From Girardia tigrina (lineage: Eukaryota): DNA of 51,642 bases. Position numbers and translations under genes: made by a program. The stretch is taken from positions 44,608 through 96,249 of the forward strand of contig MQRK01238430.1 in NCBI GenBank assembly GCA_001938485.1, written 5' to 3'. How positions within the stretch are numbered: position 1 is the first letter of the stretch; each line of letters opens with the position of its first letter. The notes beneath the pieces are model-generated. The model saw nothing but the letters and a program-made list of their open reading frames with translations. It ran no database searches and was not told the DNA's origin. Below are positions 11,767-24,639 of this stretch, in pieces.

Positions 11767-13043
11767 ATGACTGAGTGCGAAAAATATTACTAACTTTAAA
11801 ATCCTCTACCTTCAAAACCATATTTTTTATTGAAAAAAATACCGACTGTTTTAAAAATGTGTTTAATTCAAAATAATTTTAATAAGCTAAGAAAGATTAT
11901 TTATTTTTTTAATAAATTCTGCGAGCTTGTCGGGAATGCCTGCCATTAGACTTGCAATTGTAGTTTCTGTCACGTTTTGGCTGCATTATTCCACTTGTTC
12001 CGAAAATCTGCAATTTTTTGTGCCATCTTGTTTGTCGTATTTAATTGCCTTTTTACCAGGGCCCGATATCTTTCGATTGAGCGAAGCTCTGGACAATTTG
12101 TTAGGTTTGCCTCTGCACCAAATCGACGTTATTGTCTTCGTACTACTTCTTGGCTGCCTTACCATAGAGGCATGATGCCAAATCCGGCCAAAAGAAAGTA
12201 AGACCTCCGTGCTGACTTATGATTAGTGATAAACGCTTTTGCAAGCAATCTTTCACAAATACTTCTGTGTTTATTTTGCATGATGTGACAAAGCATTTAC
12301 TCCTTTTCCTGCATCTACATAAAGCCTACCAAACAAGAAATTTTTTGGGAAACTTAGATTTTTTCTTGCTTCTAAATTTTTCTTCAATTCCTCCTCTTAG
12401 TTGAAGAGGAAAATTCTTGTCCGAGTAGGTGGGAAAACTCGCAGAGCACATAAGTCTCATCATCCATAATGTAACATTTTTTCTTCACAAGAGTACCAGA
12501 TTTAAAATTTCTGGTTCGCTGCTGCGTCTTTACGTTCTTGTTAGCGTTCCGGTCTGGTACTGTTTGAACTTTATACGTTTTCAAACCCACAGACTGTTTA
12601 ATTTTTCGAACTTTTTTTTCACTACAATTTGCTTTTACCGCCAGTTTTCGATTTGATAGACGAGGATTTCTTTCTAACAGAGCCTTTACTTTCTTCATAT
12701 TCTGTGTACACGAAAAACCCTTTCTTCTTCCCGAATCAATTTTTCTAAAAACGTTCAAGTTCTCATTGAAATTTTTAATAATGTTAAAAACTGTTTTCTA
12801 ACAAACCTTTGCCTTTCTGGCAATTGTTTTTTGACTTGATTGTGGATTTTCTTGAAATAAAGGAATAATTAATTCGCGACTTCCTGTTTCTGACGACATA
12901 TTCATGAAAAATGAAATTTAAAAATGAATTTTATTTTGATTTATTCAAACAACAGCCTATTTGATTAGTTTTTTTGTAATTTGTGAATTTATGTTGGAAT
13001 TATAGAGATTTAAATTTAAGTAATATTTTTCGAACACAGTCCT
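11767..13043 (-). mobile_element. Tc1/mariner element, ITmD37E (TRT)-like; full length but frameshifted
   Basis: TIRs ATGACTGAGTGCGAAAAATATTA and TAATATTTTTCGAACACAGTCCT, with TA on both sides. Transposase motifs YIMDDETYV, FWPDLASC and NCPELRSIERY; likely ATG at 12899. Confidence 0.88.
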
Positions 13044-13249
13044 TAATAAAATGTCAATTACCCAATTGTTTGGGAACCCATAATAATGACTTTGGAAACT
13101 TATACTAATTGATTCAGTTGTCCAGTTATCATGCCTCAACCTTAAATGTACTCTAAACACATTCACACATTAAAATATCATTCAAATATATCACATAATC
13201 ACAATTTCAATAAACGAATCAGAAATATCTGATAAATATTGTCATTTAA

Positions 13250-13457
13250 CCCTAGAACCTTTACTGGGGTGTATCACAACCCAACATCAAATTTAATTTT
13301 TGTGTTGAAATTTGTGTTGAATATAATAAATAAGTATATAAATTTCATATTTCAGGTATTTTTGTTTATTGTTTCTTTTTGTTTATTGTATATTTTGTTT
13401 ATTGGTGCACCCTGGGTAAGTGTTCACGATTGTTCAATATGCCTAAGGGTTCTAGGG
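13250..13457. mobile_element. piggyBac-type MITE
   Basis: TIRs CCCTAGAACC / GGTTCTAGGG, flanked on both sides by TTAA (13246-13249 and 13458-13461). Confidence 0.85.
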
Positions 13458-13585
13458 TTAATATTACTCTAATATCTATGTAAAATTAATCGAAATTAAT
13501 GATTAAACATAATAATTGAAGACTGGTTAATTGCATCAACGTTTAAAACTATAATTATAGAAAGTCTTGCAATAAAATTTCTTAC

Positions 13586-13688
13586 TAAATGTAATTCATT
13601 CCCCGCTTCTTTGAGCGCCGAAACTGCCGCCTCGTGAGTCAAATAAGTCATATTAATTCCATTCACTGAGAGTATTTGATCATCAATA
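13586..13688 (-). CDS. dlg1: Discs large homolog exon: PDZ1 C-terminal half (absent from the ORF track)
   Basis: Acceptor TTTTTTTTAG ending at 13689 and donor GTAAG at 13585. 103 nt, phase 2-0, encoding (N)IDDQILSVNGINMTYLTHEAAVSALKEAGNELHL. Confidence 0.93.
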
Positions 13689-14298
13689 CTAAAAAAAATA
13701 TTTTTTAAAAAATTATATTTAATTTCATGATTTTAATTATGCGAGACAAAATTCTAATTCAAAATTCACAATTTTATAAATGTCAAAACTTGAAAAAAAA
13801 TTAATTTATTGAGCCTAAAATAAGGAAAACAATTGTTGAAACTAAAACCCTAAATAAACTAAAACTTATGAAATGCCAAAAAATAATATGGGAAACTAAT
13901 TTATGAGCAAAACGAAATATATAACATATAATTTTAAATTTGAAGTAACGATAGAATAAATGTTAAAATTATGTTTAAAATATCAATGTATTATGTTATT
14001 AATAACTATTTAAATATTTTGTAGAAGGGAAAATTACTATTACATTTATTTATTGATTTATTAATACTCTTTTATCTTTACTTATTTTGCGTAATATAAA
14101 TTACTTATAATTTATAAGTAGATCTTTTTCAATTAATATTGTTGAGGAACTCCGATGGGACTGTTTGCTCTCAATTCTGAGACTTTAAAAAGTTTTTTTT
14201 GATTAAATATTTCACATTATCATTTATTTTCATCGAAAATGAGTAAGTGGGTCAAGTTTGGTGAAAATTGATTGAGTGAATAGGTTTCTAAATTCCAT

Positions 14299-14352
<54 letters not shown>

Positions 14353-14453
14353 CGAAAATGTAATTTGNNNNNNNNNNNNNNNNNNNNNNNNNNNNNNNNN
14401 NNNNNNNNNNNNNNNNNNNNNNNNNNNNNNNNNNNNNNNNNNNNNNNNNNNNN

Positions 14454-14486
<33 letters not shown>

Positions 14487-14489
14487 ATT

Positions 14490-14980
14490 TAAATGATTAA
14501 ATGCATGATGGAGCACCTTGCCGCAATGTCAAGGCTGTTCGAGAGTGGTTAGCGCTGTCAGGCTTCCAAATTCTTGGTCCTTGGCCGGGCAACTCCCAGG
14601 TTCTCAATCCGATTGAGAATGCCTGGACCCAGGTGAAGAAACAGGTTGCTGCCATGCACCGAAATTCCCTGCAGGACATGATCAAAGCAGTGGAAACTGT
14701 TTGGACTCAAAAAGTGTCTCCAGACTATTGTAAAAATTTACGCCGTTCGATGCCTGACCGAATTCGTTCTGTTCTCAAAAATAAGGGTAAACACACAAAA
14801 TATTAAATATACACAGGTTTTTCGTGGTTTATGTGCCAGTTATGACAAGTCTTGATAAATTGGTGTCTTATTATAATGTTCAAATAAAATCTTTGTATTT
14901 TAGTGTGCTTTTGTCAATATAATTGCAGTTGGGTGCAAAAGACAATTTAACAACAAGTGTCCACAAACTTTTGAAATTGA

Positions 14981-14983
<3 letters not shown>
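14490..14983 (+). mobile_element. Tc1-like transposon 3' fragment (D..35..E spacing) with right TIR
   Basis: HDGAPC...WPGNSQVLNPIENAW...SMPDRIRSVLKNKGKHTKY. Ends CAAACTTTTGAAATTGACTG into a TA tract. Confidence 0.88.
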
Positions 14984-15015
<32 letters not shown>

Positions 15016-17043
15016 TTCTTTCGCCTCTCACATATATAAAGAAAAATATTTTAAAGTAATTCTAAAAACAATACCTACAATTGGTATGTAGGGATTGAAA
15101 ATTTTATAACATACAATCCAGGGATTCAAAAAAATTATCACGATTGAATTCCTCAAAGGAGTACCCTATAATACCAGAAATATATTTTCAATTTAAATTG
15201 AGATTTTTTTCATTTTAAATTCGTATTTTTATTTTGAATACATTTTAATTTAATTTGCCTTGCGTTCGGCTTCCCACTGTTAACGAGGCGTCGCTCAGTT
15301 CAGACCGTGAGCAATAGCAGTCGCGACCGTAATTTCGGACCCCGTGAGCCCGAGTATTCGCGAATCCGTGAAACGAGCATTCGTGCTGCTCCTGCGTTGC
15401 GTAGCAGGTTGTTGGTATGACAAAGTTTCAATTTGTTTTCTTTAGTTATCGTATTCACTAATTCTTCAGTCTCATTAGTGCAGTCGGGTCGAAAATAATG
15501 AATGAACTCATTTCCAATGATGCATTAATTTTTATTATTCACAATTACAGTCAAATTCAAATGTTCACTAATTTATGAGTTCGATAAAACAACAATGTAA
15601 TTTTTGAATTTTTTATTATTGTCACGTAGACGCAAGCACCACAATGATGTGTACACGTTTAAAAAACCAAGCTGTAAAAATACTTATATGAGAAAAAAAC
15701 AAATAAGACAAACAAATGCCTATAATAACTCTATATTGTCAACGATATCCTTTTTTGTGTGAGGCACGAAAAATTTAAGTGAAACAAAATCGAGAAAATT
15801 AATAAACGATGTAATTTGAAAAAAGATAAAAGATTTGGTAGAATTTATTTTTGCGGAAAAATGAAAGTTATTTATCCTAGAGTTTATACATATTTCCCCT
15901 TATTTGTTATCTTAGGTAATTTTAACTAAACAAAAATCCAATTTCGGCGCCAGTCGTATGTGAAAAAAATAAATCGGACACATCCTTAACAAAAATTATT
16001 AACAAATATCACAAATATTTCCTGAGTATTTGGCAACAATTATTACGGTAACAATTTAAACGAATTTATTTCCTTTTTCATAGTTGTATTATGGTAAATG
16101 AAATAAACAAATTATAGATTATTTCAATAATATTAAGTTAATTCATTTTTAACCAGGAATATTGAGAGTCAAGGAATAAATAAATAACAAATATATTGTC
16201 CTATATTTAAGAGATTGATAAATGATCTTTGTTGGGGTTACTTTTAGTGAACTTTAATTTTTTGATATTTTTAAAAAATCATATTTATATTTTAGATAAA
16301 GTAAAAATAATGTCGATTAATTAAAATGAAATAATTCTTTAAAATAAAAATTTAAGTTATAGATAATATATTTACTAATTAAAATAAATAAGATTCTTTT
16401 AAAAAAATATATTTATAGTAACATTTCTACAAATTAAATCGAAATAATTTTTGTAAAAATTATAGTTCACAGATAGTACATTACTAATTAAAATGAAATA
16501 AGTTTTTAAAAAAAATTTAGAGTAATGATAATATTTTAATTAAATTGGGACAAATTTTTATAAAAATTAAGCTTTAAAAAATTCACAATTAAATATCATC
16601 TTCGAAGTTAAAGAATATTGTAAAGAAGATTTTGTTATATTTTGTAACACTATTTAAAATAAAATCATAATACTTCTTAATGTATAAAATCAATATCAAG
16701 TAAAATAAATTTTAAAAAGAATGCAGTTTTATTAAAATCAAATAAAAGATTTTTATTAAAAAATAATTTATCATCGAATGATTAAAAATAAAAAAAACAT
16801 TTAAGAATTGAATTTTTAAAAATCTAAATTTAGATTTCAATTAATAAACATTGTAAAAAAATTAATAAAACAAAAAACAACATATGATTTATACAAAATT
16901 GAATAAAATAACATATTTGTATATTTATCGATATTATTATTTTTATTTAGAATTTTGAGATCTGGATTATGTAATTAAAATTTTGTTCCTCATAAATTTG
17001 TTTCAATAATGAAAATTGTAATAGAAATAAAGTTTACAAAATT

Positions 17044-18510
17044 ATGGATTCCAATTTTAATCACGAACCTAATATGTCGACCATAGCCAGCAACTCGGAT
17101 CAGTTGATTGCGAGACTTCTACCGAAAAAATACCGGAAAGAAGACAATATTGAAACATTTATAGAAGCATGCTCAAGGTATTTTCAGGTGGCTAAAACAC
17201 CAGAAAGCATACAAGAGATTTTGATAATTAGATTGCTTTCTCATGAACTTGTACCTGTCTATGAGAATGTATCGGTCGAGACAAAGGGATATGAAGCTCG
17301 GTTACGAGAAGCTTTTCAAAAGAAAAGCTCTCTGATGGAGGACCTGATGGAGGCTGTAAATTTCGAAAGAACGAATGAATCAGCGGAAGAATACTTTGCA
17401 AAAGCAAAGAAACTTGCAGCAAAATTAGCAAAACATAATTGGTCGGAAGAAGAAATTGAAAAGAATCTTCCAAATCATGGGACGAAGTACAGCGATGTGA
17501 AGAAAGAGATCAAGTTTAGAGAGGTAAAAGAAATAAAAGAAGTAAAAAATGTCATCAAAAAAGTGGTTGAAGTCCGAGAAATGGAAAGGCTAGTACATGC
17601 GATAAGAGCGTCATACAAGGACGTGGTAAAAAGAGGATCAGCGACAGGAAGCATAACGAAGAAAGGAGATACTTTTGTTAGACGACATCCAGGGCAAAAC
17701 AATATATCATGCTGGAACTGCAAAGAAACAGGACATAGACGGAGCGAATGTAAAAGACAAAGGAAAATCACATGTCATACATGTGGCGAGGAAGGACATG
17801 TCCGACGGGAATGCAGGAAGGTAAGATGTGAAGATGTAATAATCCAGGACATAGAGCTGAGGAATGTTACACGAATTTGAATAAACGATATCAAGCAAGA
17901 ACTGATTATCAAAGAAGAACCCAAGGAGATAGCCGACAATTCTCAGGTGCACAAACGAAAAGCTCAGGAAACCGGAACTCAGACGACTACAGAAGAGGGT
18001 TCGAAAGAGGAAGAGAGATCGCGATGATGGAGAAGGAAGAAAACGGATGAGAGCGAGAACATATAGAAAGAAACGAATCGTGCCGAGACGACGAGGAACC
18101 GATCTTGGCACTGGAATAAGTTTTCATTTGCATGAACCAGATCATATAAATTATATATATAGTAGTAGTAATATAAATTATATAAATAAAATAAATAATA
18201 AAGTTGATAACAATAATATAAATGCTAAAATTAAGAAAAATAATCAAAAAGAACAAAGTGAACCAAAACCCAATCAGGAACCGGAAGTAAGTCAGAAAGT
18301 CGTGAAATTTATAAAAAAAAGAATCATTTGGTGATAGAGAATTGCTAATAATTAATAATTTTGAAAATGTTCCAATTACATACGATAAATTACAGGGCCG
18401 ACCGAGTGTAAAAGTCAGAATAGAAAACATAGAAATCGAATGTTTACTGGATACAGGTGCAGCGTTGAACGTTATGACGGAAGGAATATTAAAAAACTTA
18501 AATAACATAA
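17044..18510 (+). mobile_element. Ty3/gypsy gag and aspartic protease, truncated
   Basis: 278-aa gag ORF with CCHC knuckles CWNCKETGHRRSEC and CHTCGEEGHVRREC. Downstream frame reads GRPSVKVRIENIEIECLLDTGAALNVM. Confidence 0.9.
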
Positions 18511-18539
18511 CAACATAACATAATAACATAATATAAACG

Positions 18540-19030
18540 TTTTATGGACAAAGTTTGTTGGACAAAATGTTACCAACTTAATCATTAGTATAAACAATTA
18601 TGTGATGAGAATTTTAGTGAAAGGTGAGCGAAACATTTAAAACACATTTAGTAGATGCAGCTTACAAAGTTGTTATTACAAATATAACTAATTCAAGAGG
18701 TTTAAATGTCCAAAGGTCATCCAATGAGCTTCATTTAGTTGCCAACAAATATAGAGTTAACACAAATTTAAAAACATGTGAATACAAAACGACCTACCAT
18801 ACTGGCATTCCTTGTGAGCATTTGTGTATAGTATTAAGAATGTATCAAATAAGTGCACATGATTGTATTAGTCGATTTTATTCTTCTAATATATATTATA
18901 TTTCATATTCGTTAAATATTCAGCCTCTGTCAACTCAAAATTTAATTTAGTCATATATAACTGAACCAGTTTCTAGGCGACCAAGAGGAAGGCCTAGAAT
19001 ACGGAAAATACGCACAGCATTTGAATAATA
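18540..19030 (+). mobile_element. Mutator-like (MULE) transposase C-terminal fragment
   Basis: SWIM-like YRVN..KTCEY..HTGIPCEHLC followed by RRPRGRPRIRKI. GGACAAA short repeats at the left edge. Confidence 0.75.
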
Positions 19031-19799
19031 AATATATTTGATTTAAACTTTTTACTTATTAATTTATTTAATATTTAAATATTTTATTTTAAGTATTTTC
19101 CCTATGTTTTTAAAAAAAGTTTTATTTTTGTAACTTAAAAAGTTTTTTATTTTTATAATTTAAAAAAAACATTTTATTTTTTTAATTACTCTTTAATATA
19201 CTGATAAATGATCTTTATTAAATATGTTTCAAATATAAACAAAATGAATAAAATTCAAAAGAATCAATAGAGAGATAATATTGAAATTATAAAAAATACA
19301 AAAAATAATTTATTTTCCTCTTTAAATATCATTCTTCTTCGCTGAAATTATTATTCTATGTGCATACATATTGCAAATATTATTAAAAAATAACATTTAA
19401 TTTAAATATTTGAATCAAACAATTTGTAGCAATAATCAAGGCTTGATTTCGACGAATAAAAATATTTTAAAAATTTAATAAATATCAACTGTAAATTGAA
19501 ATATTGCAAATGGTTGCAAAAACATAAAACAAAATTTATATAAATAAATTTTGGTTTAATCATACATTATTATTACTAAATTTTTTTTATTTATATTTGA
19601 TTATAAATACAATATTTACTGGAAATATTTCTGAAAAGATACAATTCTTGTCAACGAACAATCAGGGATAACCAAGCTCCTTGAAAGGCGAGCCATTTTT
19701 CAAAATATGAAAATTTTTGCCAGTCCCAATTAAATACGTATTGAAAAGGTATGCAAAAAATGTATTAAAAAATTGTTTTACAGAAATTATATTATATTA

Positions 19800-20381
19800 T
19801 TAAGGGCGGCAGACGTATATATACATTTTGCAATTTTTCTTAAAAGACGGCTAACATTTTTAAATGTTTCTCACTTTTATTCATATATATCCCCTTTTCG
19901 ATTAATTCTACGATATTCCCGCCAAAAAAATTTTCTTCCACCTTCTAGATATTTCTACGCTGAATGCATATATATTTTATATGATGAAAACTGGCAAAAT
20001 ACCTCAATTGCGAGAATTTAGACTGCAACTCATACGAGAAATTATTCAGGAACACGCTAAAGATCGGGGAACGGAACGAAGAACAAATGCATGAGAGCAT
20101 CCCAAGAGATTGATTGATCGGCGTTTCCCTTCATTGGTACCATCAGAGACTGGAAAGAGAGCAAAACAACGTATTGTTTGTAGTCAATCTGTTCGAAAGG
20201 AAAGGAAAAGATCTGAATCGAGATTTGAATGTGCTGAGTGTGATGTAGGGCTCTGTATCATTGATTGCTTTAAAGAATATCATACTCTTACTCATTTCTA
20301 ACCATTTAATGTTAAATTACACAGCTTTTGAAACTTTTGAGAAAAATTTTTATTTTTGAAAAAATAGCCGTCCTCAAAGGG
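19800..20381 (+). mobile_element. Internally deleted piggyBac element
   Basis: C-terminal cysteine-rich domain SRFECAECDVGLCIIDCFKEYH. Right end GCCGTCCTCAAAGGG; degenerate left end TAAGGGCGGC. Confidence 0.8.
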
Positions 20382-21895
20382 ATATATATATATATTGAAA
20401 ACATATAAATAAATGTACAAAATATATGTATGTATTCTTTGAGATGCTAATTATTTATTTCTGGTCTGTGTTTAGATTCACAAATTGAAAAGTAGAATCA
20501 AATGATTCACATAAGTCAGTTGTTCCAAATATTGAAATAATTCGACAATCAGCCTTTTCTAATTTAAGATACTTCGAATCTGTGACAAACTTCTAAAATT
20601 CTGTAATCGGCATCGACATATTTTAATTGTAGAAAAAACATACAATAAACACCACTATTATATATTCAGCAGAAATATAATTGTTACGATCTTGGCATAC
20701 TCAACAAATTCTTTAAATGTACAAAGTTTTGTTACAACTGACTTATTGATAGTTTATTTTTAATGAATTAAAAATATTTATAAAAAGATTTTCATTAGAA
20801 CGATTTTCCATATTATAAGACGAATAACTGAGAATAATATTTATGAAACAACAATTAAATTCTGCTCCTAAAATAATTAATTGATTGATTTAAACAATCT
20901 CAAGAGTTTATTATATTCAGAAGCTTTTATATAAATTGATAAAGATATAAAATTATGAGTGATTTAATTTATAAATATTCATACATTAATTATTCTCACA
21001 ATTATATTTGTAAAACTTAGGCCAATGCAAAAGTTGGACAAAGTCATTTTTTAAAAGTTTTCCAAGTTGCTTATTTACTTATTTATTAATCAACAATCAA
21101 TCAGTTGTTTAACTGATACAGGTTTTAATTATTTTATTAATAATATTTTTAACATTTATTCAACTTATTTTATAAAAACAAAACCCTTTGTTAAAAAGAA
21201 AACATATTTGAAAAAAACAAATAATAAAACAAAATATAATTATCTAAAATTATAACAAAGTAAATATCATTGTAAGTAAATAAATAAAAAAAACATTATA
21301 TAAACTTGCAAATCCCATCTCTGTCAAAAAATTAATGTAAATAATTTATTGATTTGCTATTAGAAATTAATTAAACATAAAATAAATGATTATTTGAAAG
21401 ATTTTTGTTGACAATCAAACTTTTTATATTAAATGTGAGGGATATTGGAATGATGTTTGAATGATGTTGAGTGATTGTTGAATGAGTTTTATAGTATGTT
21501 TGAGACTGGTAGGTGTTTGAAGCATGACATTTCTCCCTAGACAATTGAAGTCAATTATTGTCGAATTTAAAAATAATATTACTAATTGTATAATAAATTA
21601 ATTGTTATTTAACAATTAATTAAAAATACAATTGTTTTAATCATTGCAGATTTTGGCAAATTTTTTGAAGAATTAATTGAAGAAACAAATCATGCCCCAG
21701 ACACTGATTAGAGACCATTTTAGTCTTAATAAGTCTTGTAATAGGACTTCGGCTGTTAGTATCCTTAATATTAGAAATACAAAAGCATTTAGTATAAGGA
21801 TAAAATATGTTATTTTTTTTGGAACACTTTGATAATTTTATAATTTATAAACTTCTCTTAAAAACAACACTCATCCATTAAAAAATATATTTATA

Positions 21896-21934
21896 GACAA
21901 TATATTTCGATGGATCAACTGTTATCTTCAGGTC
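21896..21934 (-). ncRNA. Minimal type I hammerhead ribozyme motif (Penelope pLTR), stem II decayed
   Basis: GAC-CUGAAGA-UAACAG-uugau-CCAUC-GAAA-UAUAUU-GUC. Confidence 0.7.
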
Positions 21935-22932
21935 ACTGATTAATAATTTCATATAAATACAAAAAGGATGATTATGTAATCGATTGCATGAAATCATGCT
22001 AATCAAAAATTCTCAATAAGCTGGTTGAAACTGCCGATTGAACATTGATTTTAGGGCTACGTGACCTAATTAACAATGCTACACATGACACTCTCCCAAT
22101 GCCTGTCAAAATGCGTACACAGAATTTTGAAATTATCTATTTTAACATCACATTTACATTTTTTCCTATGTTCTGCTCTTACTCTGTTTTCGACTATATT
22201 CATGAATTCGTTTACAGAGATGACGTTCAGTCTCTCCAATGTTTGTGGCATCACACCCATTACATTTATATTCATAAATAATATCAGAACAAAGTGTTAA
22301 AGGTGTAATAGACTTATTATTGAAAATATTTTGAATTTTATGAGATCGTGATATAATTTTTAAATTTAATTCATTGTTAGTTGCTTTTAACAATGTATTT
22401 TAAAAGTTCTTACATCCTTCAGAATAAGGTACAATTAAACAATATTTGGGCATATTATTTATATCTACTGATACTTCGATTTCTTTCTTAGATCCAACAG
22501 AAGAAGCTAAACTCTGATTTTTCGAAAAATCTTTCAAAAGTATTTTATCTACTGTTTCCTTTATTAATTTTTCCAGAAAACATTTAGAATAACCATTCTG
22601 ATTTAACAAAGAACGTAGTTTATTAACACTTTCTACAGAATTAACAAAAGTGGAAGACAACGACCAAGAGTGATAAACTAAGCCTTGTTTTAGACTTTTT
22701 AGACTTTTTCTTTTAGACTTCAGTTCACAAAAACTGTGAAGTATATAAACCTGTATCAGTTTGCTTCCTATAAATTCCAGTCTCATAACTAAGAGATTTT
22801 CTTTCAACGAAAAGATCCAGAAAAGGTAAGATTCTATTCGCTTCATTTCAACGGTAAAAGTAACATTTGATGTAACGAATTCATAAAATTGGGAGAATTT
22901 TAATTTTACAGGTGAATTAATTATTAATCAGT

Positions 22933-22970
22933 GACCTGAAGATGACGGTTGATCCGTCAAAATATATTGG
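22933..22970 (+). ncRNA. Minimal hammerhead motif in the inverted pLTR copy, with GAAA mutated to AAAA
   Basis: GAC-CUGAAGA-U-GACGG-uugau-CCGUC-AAAA-UAUAUU. Confidence 0.65.
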
Positions 22971-23429
22971 ATGACTTTTTAATGGATGAATGTTGTTTTT
23001 AAAAGAAAATTATCATCCGGATTTCATTCTAAAACTTCATTTTTTAAATTAAAAATTTTTATGTTTTACTATTGAACTCCATCGCATCTTAGATAATTTG
23101 TTCCAGTGTCGTCCGCATTAAGTGATATACTGGGTTGGCCACTAGGTATGCATGCTGATTTTGGTACATATTATGATAGTTTAACCCTTAATATATGCCT
23201 TTGAAGAAAAAAATAATCGGAATATACTTTCATATAATTATTACACAACAAAGTTTTGCTTTGGAAAATTCAGAATTTGGGGTGAGCAACTTTGTTAGAA
23301 AGCTTATTTTATTTTGATTCCGATGATAATGACAATTTGCGTCTACGATTAATAAAGTTATATGCAAATGACCATAAGAAATTGATGAAAAATGAGTTTT
23401 ATTAAAAATTAATTAACATTAACATAGGA

Positions 23430-24200
23430 GGTTTACGAAATGTCTTTCTTCCGATAAATTTATATGTTGAATACGTTTTTTAAAACTTTGTATAGTGTCT
23501 TGAAACATCTTTTGTAGAATTTCTTTGATATTTTTTCAATATCCTTTTTTAAAGTTTCGATAGAACGAAAAGATTATTTAAAATTTTATCTTAAGTATCT
23601 CCATAGATTTCCTGTTCCACCATATCTATAACTTTGTTCCTTTACGAAGGCTTCCCATTGACAGTGCACTTAATCCGAACACTAAATCTTTTTTAAATCA
23701 ATTAAATCCCTTTATAGTATCGATAATGTACTGTTTGCAAATAATAATAATAATATTCAAAAATATGATGCAAATTCAAATCTATTTTAATTGGATTTCA
23801 GATTAATTGGCTGATTAACTTGAATATTGCAAAACAAATTAATCTTTTCCTTCATAATTCGGCGCAATGCTATTCTAATATTGTTCTAATATTGAGTTCT
23901 TAAGAAGCTTTTCTAGGGGATATTGTAGGGTTTTCTGTGATGAATTCTTTAACTTCTTCAATATTTTCTCTTGTTCTTATAGTAATCAGCTTTTTTCATA
24001 GATTCTTTGTTAGAAAATCCTCTTTTATTCTCGCAAAATTTATTGTAAGTTCTGGAATGAGGTAAAAAGTTAACTTTTAATGATAAGACTTTCTTACCTC
24101 TTAACAGTTATATCGCTTGTTTCATGATATCTTCCAATTTTTTTCTGATTAATTCTACCCCCATTGTACTTGATTTGCATTTTTCATATTCAAAACCATA
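23430..24200 (-). mobile_element. Highly decayed Tc1/mariner (rosa/DD41D-like) transposase remnant
   Basis: Broken frames TIRTRENIEEVKEFITENPTISPRKAS*ELNI, NLWRYLR and IQSFKKRIQHII. Confidence 0.6.
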
Positions 24201-24639
24201 AAAACCTAATGTTTAGTTAAATATTTGCACATTCATTTTTTCTTGGTAAAAAAATTCACAATTTGAAAACTTCACGTTGTAAAGTGATAAAGCCTACAAG
24301 TATGTCTTTCCGTATGATTTTCCAATTAAGTTTTGTTATTTGATTTCTTCTTTTTTTCTTATTAACTTTTAAACTATTAGTCTAAGGCCGCAATTATATC
24401 TCAGAAATGAGAAAAAAATAAGCTTTCCAACGAAATATTGCTTACCCTCATTACTTATTATATTCGACAAAATTAGAGAAAATAAAATATAAAAAATTCA
24501 AAATTATCAATCATTATAGATATTATTAACTACAAACACAACACATACAATAGTGGCGGTTTTAATTGCATAATGAGAAAAAAGACATGAAATACAGAGA
24601 ATAATTTATTTCAATGGGAAGTTGTACCTCAATTAGCAC

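Larger units (their letters stand above)
21853..23007 (-). mobile_element. 5'-truncated Penelope-like retroelement (RT thumb plus GIY-YIG) bounded by inverted pseudo-LTRs
   Basis: LLNQNGYSKCFLEK, LIVPYSEG and IIYEYKCNGCDATNIGETERHLCKRIHEY. 21853-21948 is the reverse complement of 22919-23007. Confidence 0.9.

Noticed and set aside
17228-18529. Minus-strand ORFs overlapping gag
   Set aside because: Antisense shadows of the purine-rich gag/protease frame.
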